Part shown: positions 23,951 to 36,781 of the stretch, piece by piece
Position numbering within the stretch: position 1 is the first letter of the stretch
Layout: every line of letters begins with the position of its first letter
DNA from: Eledone cirrhosa
Lineage: Eukaryota
DNA: 64,000 bases
Reading direction: 5' to 3'
Assembly: GCA_964016885.1 (NCBI GenBank)
Contig: OZ024762.1
Location: 28,706,001-28,770,000, forward strand
Notes under the pieces: generated by a model
Told to the model about the DNA's origin: nothing
The model's database searches: none
Seen by the model: only the letters and a program-made list of their open reading frames with translations
Translations under genes and position numbers: made by a program

Positions 23951-24394
23951 CTAGACCTGAAAAATGCGTAAGCTCAAAAGAGCCACGGAATGTTATAATA
24001 AACCTTCAAAAGTGTGGGACTAGAGTTGTTGCTCAAAAATATTGTAATCATTATCTATCGTACACTCTGTGGCCTTCTTTTATAAAAAAGAGACTCATAA
24101 CGAACTCAAGACGACATGAAAATTATTTAAGTGAATTTATAATATAGAATTTGGTTTAAGTGCATTTCGTATTAATCATTACTAAACATCTAATATGAGA
24201 TATTAAACATTAGCTTAAATAATTATTGTGTCGTCTTGAGTTCGTTATGAGTCTCTTTTTTATAAAAGGATGCCACAGAATGTACGATAAATAATGATTA
24301 CAAAATTTTTGAGCAACAACTCTAGTCACACACTTTTGAAGGTTTATTATAACATTCTGAGGCTCTTTTGAGCTTGCACATTTTTCAGGTCTAG
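23951..24394. mobile_element. Foldback element (~180-bp arms, ~85-bp spacer) just 3' of ZNF gene 1
   Basis: 23951-24130 is approximately the reverse complement of 24215-24394. Confidence 0.85.
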
Positions 24395-24526
24395 TATATA
24401 TGTTTGTGTGTAGTTAATGTAACATTCAAAGAGAATGATTTCCATCAGATGTCACAAAGATATGTATTTGTATTCTCATTAATTCACAAATTTGAAGTAA
24501 TGATTTATCACTAATGTCAATGCGTT

Positions 24527-25842
<1,316 letters not shown>

Positions 25843-26118
25843 TTATTCTTCTATATTTCCCTCAACTATATTTCAGTTAATATCTGAAGATAATACAAAC
25901 TTCTTTTTCACCCAAGTTTAGTTAAAATTCAAAACCATCTCATAATGATGAAAATAAACTCAGTTTTGAGGAAAGATTTCACAGCAATACGACGAGAGAT
26001 TTATATAAACAGTGTTATATAAGTTCTGTTAAGAAAGTTTTAGTCTTCAAATGATGATAAATAGAGGTGATGTATCCAAGATTGAAAATAATAATTTATC
26101 CAAATTTCATCTGATATT

Positions 26119-26137
26119 CTGAAATAAGAAAGAAACA
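26119..26137 (-). promoter_or_regulatory. Splice acceptor of the ZNF1 coding exon (paralog at 45710-45728)
   Basis: Minus strand GTTTCTTTCTTATTTCAG|AATATC about 350 nt upstream of the ATG, identical in both copies. Confidence 0.65.
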
Positions 26138-27463
26138 GTATGAGATAATAGAGAATACTTTAGAAGCAGAGATAGATTTAACAGTGGAAATTTTATATTT
26201 CTATATTGATAAACTGTAGATATCAATTTTTCTGTCCAGAGTTATTCTCTCCAATGTGGTATTCCAGCATGCTCTATAAATTATATCCTTCTATCTCTTC
26301 AGAGGTCTGCTCTATGGTAGTTTAGCAAAAAATACAATCTTATAGGACTTGTAAGAAAGTAACAGTATGACATAATAGAGAATACTTAAAATACAGAGAT
26401 AGATTTAACAGTGGAAATTTTACAATGTTACCACATTTCCCAGCATCGAAGACCTTACTTTTTCCCTAAAATAAGTCTCAAAAATCTACCATACGTCCCG
26501 GAGGCCGAAGGTTGTTATTTTCTTTTTAAAATTGGTCGTTATTGGCGCCAGTAAGTACGGTACATTGGTAAACTGTAGAAATATACCTGTGTCATATTTA
26601 TTTATTTATATAAACCAAGGCTATGTCAAACTACAACTGCACCATCACTATAGCGGGATCATCTAGTACAAGGCCCCTAAACTGTGGTAACCTCGTGAGA
26701 TGGGTTTGGAGCAGCTGACTGGCTACCCCTCTTCAGTGGTGGCACCCAGTACCAGGTCCCCCAAAAATATAGTTCCCCTGTGAGATGGGCTCAGTGCAGC
26801 CAACTGCCCTGTCCCTCCTCAAAACAGAGCCATCCAGTTCCACACTGTAAACATGGTTCATGTTAGGAAGGGAATCCAGCTGTAAAATACCCGACCAAAT
26901 TTACAGACCTCACCTGAGCAAGGTGCGACAGATGGCCAACCCTGGCTAAAACTTGCCTCCTGGCGTGGATGACCCGTCTAACCCATGCAAGAATGGAAAA
27001 ATCTATGCTAAATGGTGATAATACCTACATATATATATATATCCCACCCACACAGGATGTGTAAAAGAAACGCACCCGGCCCACACTATAAAGAGGACAC
27101 GTAAAAGACATGGCAAAAAGTACCCACGCCACACTGTAAAGTGAGGTAGGTGTCATAGCCAACAAGCACCCAGCCCATACTGCTAAGTGGATGTGTAAAA
27201 GACACAGCAAAAAGCACTCGGCCCACACTGTAAAGTGGACGTGTTTTTAATGATGATGGTGATGATGATATATAATAAAATGTAGTTTGCTTGAAACATT
27301 CTATATAATATATAACGTTAAAAGAGATACAATGCAAAATGGACTGTAAGATGAGGTAAGGAAAAGTAAAAGTTACCTGGTAATCTTTGTTTTGTTTTTT
27401 TTGTGGTTGTTCTTTTATTTGTCCAATATTTCGGGACCTAAAAGTCCTTTCTTCAGGGTTTAA

Positions 27464-27672
27464 CCCTTTAACATTTACATTATTCTATATATACTATTAT
27501 ATTTCCATGGTAAAGTCATTACCTCACATAATATCGAATCTATGAGGTTTTAATATTATTTATATTGAGAACAATACCTTAACATCAGTAAGAGTGGCCA
27601 GTTACAGCCAGTTTAAAAGAGAAAAAGGGGACAGAATTCTGGTCAGTTATGGCCAGTGTAAATGTTAAAAGG
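27464..27672. mobile_element. piggyBac-type MITE (paralog 47010-47214)
   Basis: TTAA|CCCTTTAACATTTACA...TGTAAATGTTAAA(A/G)GG|TTAA. Confidence 0.75.
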
Positions 27673-27769
27673 TTAAGCAACTTTCATTGGATAATGTTCC
27701 AATTTCCTCTCTTTGGGATTAAATTTTGATTTTGATTAAAATTTTTTCTAAGTTGTTTTCAGACATTTT

Positions 27770-27950
27770 ATAAAATTGATGGAAGCTATGGAGTAGGAAG
27801 ACCTGGGATGAGGTGATAAAAGCTGACCTAACACAATTGATGGATGCTGTGAAGTAGGAAGACCTAGTTTGGGGTGATAAAAGCTGACCTCACACAATTG
27901 ATGGAAGCTATGGAGTAGGAAGACCTAGTTTGAGGTGACCCCACACAATT
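27770..27950 (+). repeat. ~60-bp tandem repeat derived from RTE C-terminal coding sequence (3 copies; 4 copies at 47260-47505)
   Basis: Unit resembles coding for IDGS.GVGRP..WDEVIKADLT. Confidence 0.65.
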
Positions 27951-28359
27951 TCACTTCACAAAGACGACACAGGATATATACACACATTACTATATATACA
28001 CCTAAAATATCAAAGACCCCCCTCGATCAAGAATGACCATGTGATTTGCAACTAGACAGTTCCCCTCCAAGGCACAAATCTGGTTGTTTGAGAAAGACCA
28101 GCAGTTGCCCATGTATTCCGGTCGACCCTCTCCACGCGACCGATGTTGTCCAAGGAAAATGTAATGGCTGATACAGCTTGGTACCAGTGACATCACTACA
28201 TATATATACACTATATATATATTGTATATACACTGTGTGCAGTATATATACACAATATATATATTATAGATACACTGTGTACAATATATATATACACTAT
28301 ATATGATGTCCAAGGGAAAGGCAATGGCTGACACAGCTTGGTACTAGTGACATCACAAC

Positions 28360-28459
<100 letters not shown>

Positions 28460-29269
28460 TACACTATATATATGTTGTCCAAGGGAAAGGCAATGGCTGA
28501 TACAGCTTGGCACCAGTGACATCATAACATATATATATATAAGGTATATCCCAGACATCCATAGATTATTTCTTTTCTACAGCTATTTCTCTTTCCCAAT
28601 TTTAAAATGTTCTGTTTACTATCATTCACTTGTTTCCACAACGTATATACTCCGACCTGGTTTTTGATATAAACCATGTTGGACATTGTCTCTTTCTCTA
28701 CAAACCTAACCCCCACCATTACCTCTCCTTTCTCTCACTTATTCATTTCCATGTTTACGAAGCTAGGTGACCATCTTCGAAATTCTTGCATATTTGCCTT
28801 GTCTAATATGCCTACTTATATCTGCTTATTTCCCCCGAATCTCCTGTGATGATATATGTCATGATGGCTACCTATCTCACAATTTCCCACTCACCACCAT
28901 AGGCTATTCGACCAATCAAACCACAACAACATGTCCTTACCCATTACCAGCCCCAACAAACTCTGTCATTACTACTACTGTCCTTCTAGCCCTTACCATC
29001 CCCAACAAACTCTGCCATTACTACTACTGTCCTTCTAGACCTTACCAGCCCCAACAAACTCTGCCATTTCTACTACTGTCCTTCAAAGAATTCTTGTTTA
29101 CCGTTATCTATGGAGGAGCAAAGGATAAATGGAACAACCCCGAATAAATAAATGAATATGAATCCGCGAGTTACCAAGCACCCATGCAAACCTTTAATTC
29201 AGAGACAGGAAGCATACACACTCCCCTGCAAAAATTCTCCCTCTCCCACAAATGATGGCAAATGTCCAA

Positions 29270-30730
29270 AACTCTGAGTTGGCAGCATCAACATAAGCAC
29301 AATGAAAGGAAGGTAAGGAGTAATTATGGACATGCTAGAGTGAAAGGATATTGACGTATGCTGTGTGCAAGAGACTAGGTGGAGAGGAGAGTCTGCTAGA
29401 GTCCTTGTAGGCAAAAGTCAGTGCTATAAATTTTTCTGGGTGGGAAATGACAATGGCATGGGTCGTGTAGGTATACTATTAGCTGACAAATGGGTAGATA
29501 AGGTAATAACCACACGTATTGTTAACCAGGTAATACTAGAGGGTGTCATACCAAAGGATTGGTGCAGCATTATCATAGTCAACTGCTACAAGGGTAAAGG
29601 AGATGCACTAGATAGAAGAAACTATAGAGGTATAAAGCTGATGGACCAGGTCATGAAAGTAATGGAAAGAGTCATAGCACATTTGATCAGGGACTGGGTA
29701 AAACTAGGTGAGATGCAGTTTGGGCTTGTGCCAGGAAAAAGCACCACTGACCAGCCCCTTCCTTGTGATGCAGTTACAGGAAAAGTACCTAGCTAAGAGT
29801 AAGCTGCTCTACCTAGTTTTTGTCGATATGGAAAAAGCCTTTGACAGAGTGCCCCGTGTTATAAGCTGGTCGGTTCTTAGAAAATTAGGAGTAGATGAAC
29901 GGCTTGTGAAAACTGTACAAGTCATGTATAGGCGAGCAGTCAGCAAAGTTAGAGTTAACAATGACTATAGTGAGGAATTTAGAGTACAGGTCGGTGTCCA
30001 CCAGGGCTCTGTTCTTAGCCCTCTCCTGTTTATTATAGTATTGCAGGCTGCCCATAGGAACTCCTATATGCCGGATGCCCATAGGAACTCCTATATGTGG
30101 ATGATCTTACACTTATAGCTGAATCTATGGCAGAACTAAAGAAACAAGCACCACCAAACTCTGGGAGAGCTCTGTACAAACAATAGACAGCTTTTGCTAC
30201 CTAGGTGACCGAATAAGCAACGGAGATGGGTGTTTTGAAAGTACAGTAACCAGAGTAACAACGGGATTGAAGAAGTTTAGGGAGCTACTGCCACTGCTAG
30301 CTGCAAAAGGCTTTTCCCTCAAAATGAAAGGCAGACAGTATGATGCGTGCATTCGAACAGCAATGTTACATAGTAGTGAGACTTGCATAGATTAGAAAGA
30401 AACAAAGCTTGCATGCTCCGATGGATGTGTAATAGTAATATACGCGAAGAGCAAAGCATTAACAAATTGAGAGAGAGACTGAGCATAAGAGGAACCAAAT
30501 GCTGTGTGCAGGAGAGGAGGTTGTGATGACCCCCTTGTACAAGCTGTAGCTGAAGCATATAGACAATATGCTACCACCACCACCCACTGTAGATTGGCCG
30601 TGGAGGTGTCAAGCCAAAATCATTTCCCATCTGAGCAAGACAAGGTCACCCTACCTGGCACTGCCCAAAACAGGACAACCTGTCTAACTCATACTACCGT
30701 GGAAGAAGGGACGTAAAACAGTGATGATGA
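29270..30730 (+). pseudogene. Internally deleted RTE LINE (paralog 52655-54165)
   Basis: QETRWRG endonuclease start fused to the RT region (KGKGDALDR.NYRGIKL, FVDMEKAFD, GVHQGS); (GAT)n tail. Confidence 0.85.
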
Positions 30731-30929
30731 TATACATATATATACACTGTGTACAGTATATATACACTATATACAGTATATATTATACACTATATATGAT
30801 GTCCAAGAGAAAGGCAATGGCTGATACAGCTTGGCACCAGTGACGTCACAACGTATATATATATATACACTATGTATATATTATATATACACTGTGTACA
30901 GTATATATATACTATATATATGTCCAAGG

Positions 30930-31107
30930 GAAAGGTTATGGCCGATACAGCTTGGCACCAGTGACATTACAGCTCATTTCTACAGCTGAATAAAGCAGAA
31001 CATCGTGAAATAGAGTGTCTTGCTCAAGGACACAACACATCACCCGCTCCGAGAATCGAACTCACCACCTTTTAATTGTAATCCCAATGCTCTAACCACT
31101 AAGCCAT
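30930..31107 (-). mobile_element. tRNA-derived SINE (paralog 54345-54512)
   Basis: Minus strand A-box TGGCTTAGTGG, B-box GAGTTCGATTC, then TGTGTCCTTGAGCAAGACACT. Confidence 0.8.
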
Positions 31108-31939
31108 GATACGTTCCAGAACCAACCGTGATATAGAGAGACCATAAAGTTTAAGCCTTAAATTACCTCTCATACATGCTTTAAGTACATATAAACTTAT
31201 TAAAACACAAAAAACAGCCAGTAACGATCGTATAGAAACTAGCACCAACCATCGTACCACTAATTACCAATGAGGACGATTGCCAGCTACGGTAGCCACT
31301 TGGTAATACACTGCACATCTCACGTCAATCTATGAAGGGTTTGTAGTAGATTAGAGAAAAACACAATCAGTAAAACAGTAATCGAATGAAATTTTATCAT
31401 AGTTAAAGCCTTAAGATGTCCCTTCCTTATGATATACACTTTAATAACATTGAAACTTATTTAATAAGTTTAAAATTTAAACACTTTTTATTCAGACGTA
31501 GCGCGATAAGAAAATAGATATGTTCTAACGAAAAATCCGCGATGTGGCGAGGATTACCGTGATAGGAAATTAGATACGTTCCAAAGAAATATCCGCGATG
31601 TTGTGGGACAGCGAAAAGTGAACCGCGATATAGCGGGGGATTACTGTATATATATATACACACACAACATACATCTATCTATATACATTCATAATATTTA
31701 TTTTCGATTTTTGACATTAAAATGTTGACTGAGGGTGCGACAACTGTTTCTTGTTTGAGGTTGTTCCAGTGGTTGAAATATAGACGGAGGTAATTAAATA
31801 ATAAAGACAGTCATGATAACAATATATTTTATATCACATGTAACAGTGGAATCTGCTGATTGAAAAATATCACATCAACATTTCAGTTTGGAAGTGTTTT
31901 CTCTATATATAAAAATGGAGGAAGAAATATATTTTTATA

Positions 31940-32120
31940 ATGTTATATATATTTTCACTTGTATATAATTACTGGGTCGTTGTAGGGTTCACATAATTAT
32001 ATTATTTACATACATTAATATAGACATTATGTAAATCTTTGTCAACTTACCTCCTTCAGATATAATCAATGTGTTGTGTTGTTAGGTTTTACTAAACAAC
32101 CAAAGAAATAATCTCTTTGT
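31940..32120 (-). promoter_or_regulatory. Putative non-coding first exon and splice donor of ZNF1 (intron 26119-32050)
   Basis: Minus strand GAAGGAG|GTAAGT; module present four times in the window. Confidence 0.5.
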
Positions 32121-33174
32121 TATCAAATTAGAAGTTTCAAAGATGTTATCAGCTTTATTTCACGACATTAACGTTGGTGTATCTTCTTCATCTTTAGTCA
32201 TAAATTGATATCTTGTCAGAATGAAGTAGTGAGGCTGACTTTATGTCTTTATCTACAGATTTGATAGGAAATATAAATATATTAGGTTGATATGTGGTCT
32301 AAAATATATATATTGTATATAAATGAGTGATAGCAGATGTTCTGGTGAAATAGTAGTTTTACTACTACAGATTGTAATGGGGCTCTTAGTAGACACAATT
32401 GTAAGAATAGATATGACAGTGTAAGACTGATGTCGGGGAAATAAACTTGTGTGTATATATATATATATATAATTGTTACACAAGATATAATTAGATTAAT
32501 TAAAGTTATATGAAGACAGCAGGTACTCGGTGTCGTTGGGAATGATTCAACTCTCGTACCGGTGTCATATGTTAAAAGTCACTGATATAATTGAATACCT
32601 TCAGACACAGTTACAATCGTATTTAATCTATTGTAAATCAGAAAGTATCACTCAATAAAATATCAATTATATATCAATAAGAAAACCCCTGCGTAGTCTC
32701 ACTAACTGCTAGAAATAGCAGTGATATTATCCATTACAACTGCTCTCTCTCTCTATATATATATATATACACACACATATGTGTACGTATGTATGTATAT
32801 ATGGGTGTGTATGTGTGTTTACACGTATGTATGGTGTGTATATATGTGTACATAGGGTTTTGGTATATGTACGTTTGGTGAACATGTGTGTATTTACCTG
32901 AAGATATGTGTGAGTGTGCGTTCTATATGCATTTATGCGTGTATATTTATAATTATATGTATATACACACACACAAACATATATTTATATGTGTATTTGG
33001 TGTATACGCTCGTATGTGTGCGGGTATATGTGTCGCGCCGGTTTACCTCCGTGTGTGCGTGCTTATGTGTACGCGCATGTATATGCATGCATGCCGTGTG
33101 TTTTCGCAATAAGAGAACCTCTGCGTAGTCTCTCTAACTGGTAGAAACAGCAGCGATATTATCCAATACAACTG

Positions 33175-33251
<77 letters not shown>

Positions 33252-33253
<2 letters not shown>

Positions 33254-33953
33254 CGTGAACGGCAAAGCAGAAACGAACTAAGGAAAAAATTAGAGATAAG
33301 AGGGATCAGATGTTGTTTACTCGAGAGAAGGCTACGTTGGTATGGACACGTGATGCGCATGAAAGTCGATAGCTGTATAACAAAGTGCAGGGCAATAAAG
33401 ATAGACGGTAGTCACGGAATAGGCAGACCTAGAAAAACCTGGGACGAGCTGATAAACTCCGACATCACACACTTACACCTCTCCAAGACAATGTCACTGG
33501 ACCGAGACCTTTGGCGGTACTCAGTAACAGAGAAGACCCGCCTTACCTAAATATATATAGTAAAACCTACTCCAGCCAGTAGGCATCTCTAACAAAATAC
33601 ACCCCGTCCCACCACCACCACCCCCACCCCATCCACACCACCCCGTTCTATGTAAAGTTATGTTGGTGCCGCGCCATCCAGGCCGAAACAAATGAGATCG
33701 TGTAGGTGTCACGACAAAAAAACACACAGTCCACGCTGTAATGTGGCCGTGTAGGCAACACGGTAAAAACCTCCCAGACCCACACTGTAAATGTGGTTGG
33801 TGTTAGGAAGGGCATCCAACTGTAGAAAACCTGCCAGACAGTCCTATGCGAGCAAGACAATCACTCTTGCCTCAAGTGGGACTACCCCCATCCAAACCCA
33901 TGCAAGCGTGGAACACGGACGTTAAACGTTGATGATGATGATGATGATGATGA
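33252..33953 (+). mobile_element. 5'-truncated RTE LINE 3' end, same family as 10581-13860
   Basis: Close match to the reverse complement of 10581-11250; (GAT)n tail; absent from unit 2. Confidence 0.9.
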
Positions 33954-34015
33954 TATATATATATAAGAGACGTAAAATAAGAAAATTATAAAATTAACTT
34001 ACTTACTAAAATATC

Positions 34016-34097
34016 ACTTCCAACTAATTAGTTTCTGGAATGGAGTAGATACATCTTCCGAAGAAGGTGTAGAGAAACATCCCGTCATCAGGAAAGT
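34016..34097 (-). ncRNA. Type I hammerhead ribozyme (inverted copy)
   Basis: Reverse complement of 34630-34711. Confidence 0.75.
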
Positions 34098-34629
34098 CAA
34101 TTCTCATATAAGTTTCCAGGCAAAGTGGGGACACTGGAAGCTTATTAAAAAATAAATCAGTGAATAGGAAATAGCAAAGCGTGGACTTAATTCCTAGCCA
34201 TTGAGAAAATCACTGCCTCTGTGTCCGTGGCAAATTCAAAAAGAATCGAACACGTGACATCAAGGTCAATCGGTGGAAAGTGGGTTGTTAATAAAACGAC
34301 GGCCAGCCTACTACTGTAGCAGCAGTCATGGCCAGTATTGCTCGACAAAAGATTTGGAGATAATAATAAAGAATTCATATCTAGTAACATATATATACAT
34401 ACAAATGCATATCGATGCTAGCAAATATATAGGTTTTAACAACCCACTTTCCACCGATTGACCTCGATGTCACGTGTTCGATTCTTTTTGAATTTGCCAC
34501 GGACACAGAGGCAGTGATTTTCTCAATGGCTAGGAATTAAGTCCACGCTTTGCTATTTCCTATTCACTGATATATTTTTTAATAAGCTTCCAGTGTCCCC
34601 GCTTTGCCTGGAAACTTATATGAGAATTG

Positions 34630-34711
34630 ACTTTCCTGATGACGGGATGTTTCTCTACACCTTCTCCGGAAGATGTATCTACTCCATTCCAGAAACTAAT
34701 TAGTTGGAAGT
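34630..34711 (+). ncRNA. Type I hammerhead ribozyme with long stem II
   Basis: actttc CTGATGA cgggatg...cattcca GAAAC taatta GTT ggaagt. Confidence 0.75.
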
Positions 34712-34904
34712 GATATTTTAGTAAGTAAGTTAATTTTATAATTTTCTTATTTTACGTCTCTTATATTATTGTTCTGCAACCCCATGCATTGAACCACAAT
34801 GTTATTAAGACAAAACCTATATATTTGCTAGCATCGATATGCATTTGTATGTATATATATGTTACTAGATATGAATTCTTTATTATATATATATATATAT
34901 ATAT

Positions 34905-36704
34905 GTAGGAGGTGAGTTTTATTGTAGTACAATAAAGCAATGCAGATATCGGATAAGAAGCACTCTACAGTTTGTAGGACTGGAGTATACATAATATATA
35001 AGAACAAAAGATGGTTAAAAGAGTTCCATGTATTTTATTATGCGCATTTCAAAAACAAATATCATCATGCAATAATATTTGTGTTTTCATCAGATAAAAC
35101 AGGAAGACATGATATGAAGGTTAAAAAGCACTTGTGGATAGTGCAGTTTTAAATCAACATATGAAAAGTAGTTTTAGATTGATGTGATATTGGGAAAAAA
35201 ATATTTTATTTTGAGGGGGGGGGGGGGGGGTGAAAAAGAGGTGGAGATGAGAGTAGAAAGTGGAGAGGGAGGAGTATAATGAGGAAGGATAAGATAGGAG
35301 GAGAGATGGGTGATAGAGAGAGAGAGATAGCTTTTATAACTGAGAAAGATATATTGTTTTACATAGAGAGGTTGAAAACCGTTGGAAGATAATGTATAAA
35401 TTAAAAGAATTTGAAAATTAACGAAGAGAAAAATAATGTAAAGTTAAGGTTTGTATATTGAGGGGTTTAATAATATGTGCGATGAAAAGAAAATGTTAAT
35501 ATGTATTAAGAATAATATTTAAGGGTTTAATAACATGTGCGATGGAAAAGAAAAAGTTAATATGTATTAAGAATGATATTTAAGGGTTTAATAATATGTG
35601 CGATGGGAAGAAAATGTTGATATGTATTATTAAAAAGAACAACAGGTAATTTAAGTAAGGATATATTGTGAGATGAGCATGAATGAGTTAGATGAAAGGG
35701 AGAAAAAATAATGAATTGAGGATGAATAATCTAACGTCAAAAAAATGTTTGTTTACGAAGGATTTTTACAAGGTGATATAGAGTAAGAATGTATTGTATT
35801 ATGTAATAATTGATTCTATGTTAGGCAACAGTGAGAAAAGGTACAGATTAGGGGTTAGACATTAAAAGAAAAAGAGATGAAAGGGAAGTGTATATATGGG
35901 TGTGTATATGTGTACATAGGGTTTTGGTATATGTAGGAGCGATATAGAATGAGTAACAAGTATTATAGAATGTATAATAACCTTTGAAATAAGGTAGAAA
36001 GATGGGTATATTTTTAAAGAAGTGTATATATATATATGTGCCTTTGAGAAAAAGATTCTAAATTGATAAAGAATATTAGCTGTATACTTTGTGGAATGTT
36101 TTGTGGAATTTATGCAAGCAGATAGAAAACAAGTCAGTGCGTCTATTTATTATAGAATCTAAATTAGATATAATGGTAAATTTTTCATTTAGACAGAGAT
36201 TGCAAATTTTGGATAGAGAACTGTTCAAGTATGGAGACGCAGAAGAAACCTTCTTCCAAAAGATGCTATATTTAATATTTTTGTCTTTCAAGGACCATAT
36301 GAGTTCTGAGAGAGCCGTGTTGGTCCTTTTAAGTTTGTATTTAAAAGACAAATGATGGTTATAAAGACGAGCTTTAAAAGAGGTGGAAGTGGAGCCAAAA
36401 TAGGTGAAGGAATTGGTGTCAGCTTCCTCATTATACTCCTCCCTCTCCACTTTTTACTCTCACCTCCTCCTCTTTTTCACCCCCCCCCCATCAAAATAAA
36501 ATATTTTTTTCCCAATATCACACATCAATCTAAAACTACTTTTCATATGTTGATTTAAAACTGCACTATCCACAAGTGTTTTTTAACCTTCATATCATGT
36601 CTTCCTGTTTTATCTGATGAAAACACAAATATTATTGCATGATGATATTTGTTTTTTAAATGCGCATAATAAAATACATGGAACTCTTTTAACCATCTTT
36701 TGTT

Positions 36705-36710
<6 letters not shown>
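34905..36710 (-). mobile_element. 5'-truncated Penelope-like element with inverted pLTR
   Basis: GIY-YIG C-terminal fragment 36076-36425 (YFGSTSTSFKARLYNH...CNLCLNEK...CLH); 36423-36710 inverts ~34995-35290. Confidence 0.85.
35033..35099 (-). ncRNA. Type I hammerhead ribozyme; inverted copy 36608-36674 has GAAA>TAAA
   Basis: Minus strand ttttat CTGATGA aaacacaaatat...atatttgttttt GAAA tgcgca TA ataaaa. Confidence 0.8.

Positions 36711-36779
<69 letters not shown>

Positions 36780-36781
<2 letters not shown>

Larger units (their letters stand above)
33961..34886 (+). mobile_element. Non-coding hammerhead element with interlocked inverted repeats
   Basis: 33961-34291 inverts 34436-34766; 34363-34437 inverts 34813-34886. 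Confidence 0.75.

Noticed and set aside
27421-27460. Hammerhead-like CTGAAGA..GAAA on the minus strand (also 46968-47005, 19850-19885)
   Set aside because: No valid stem III/UH with matching stem I, or core mutated; treated as relics at most
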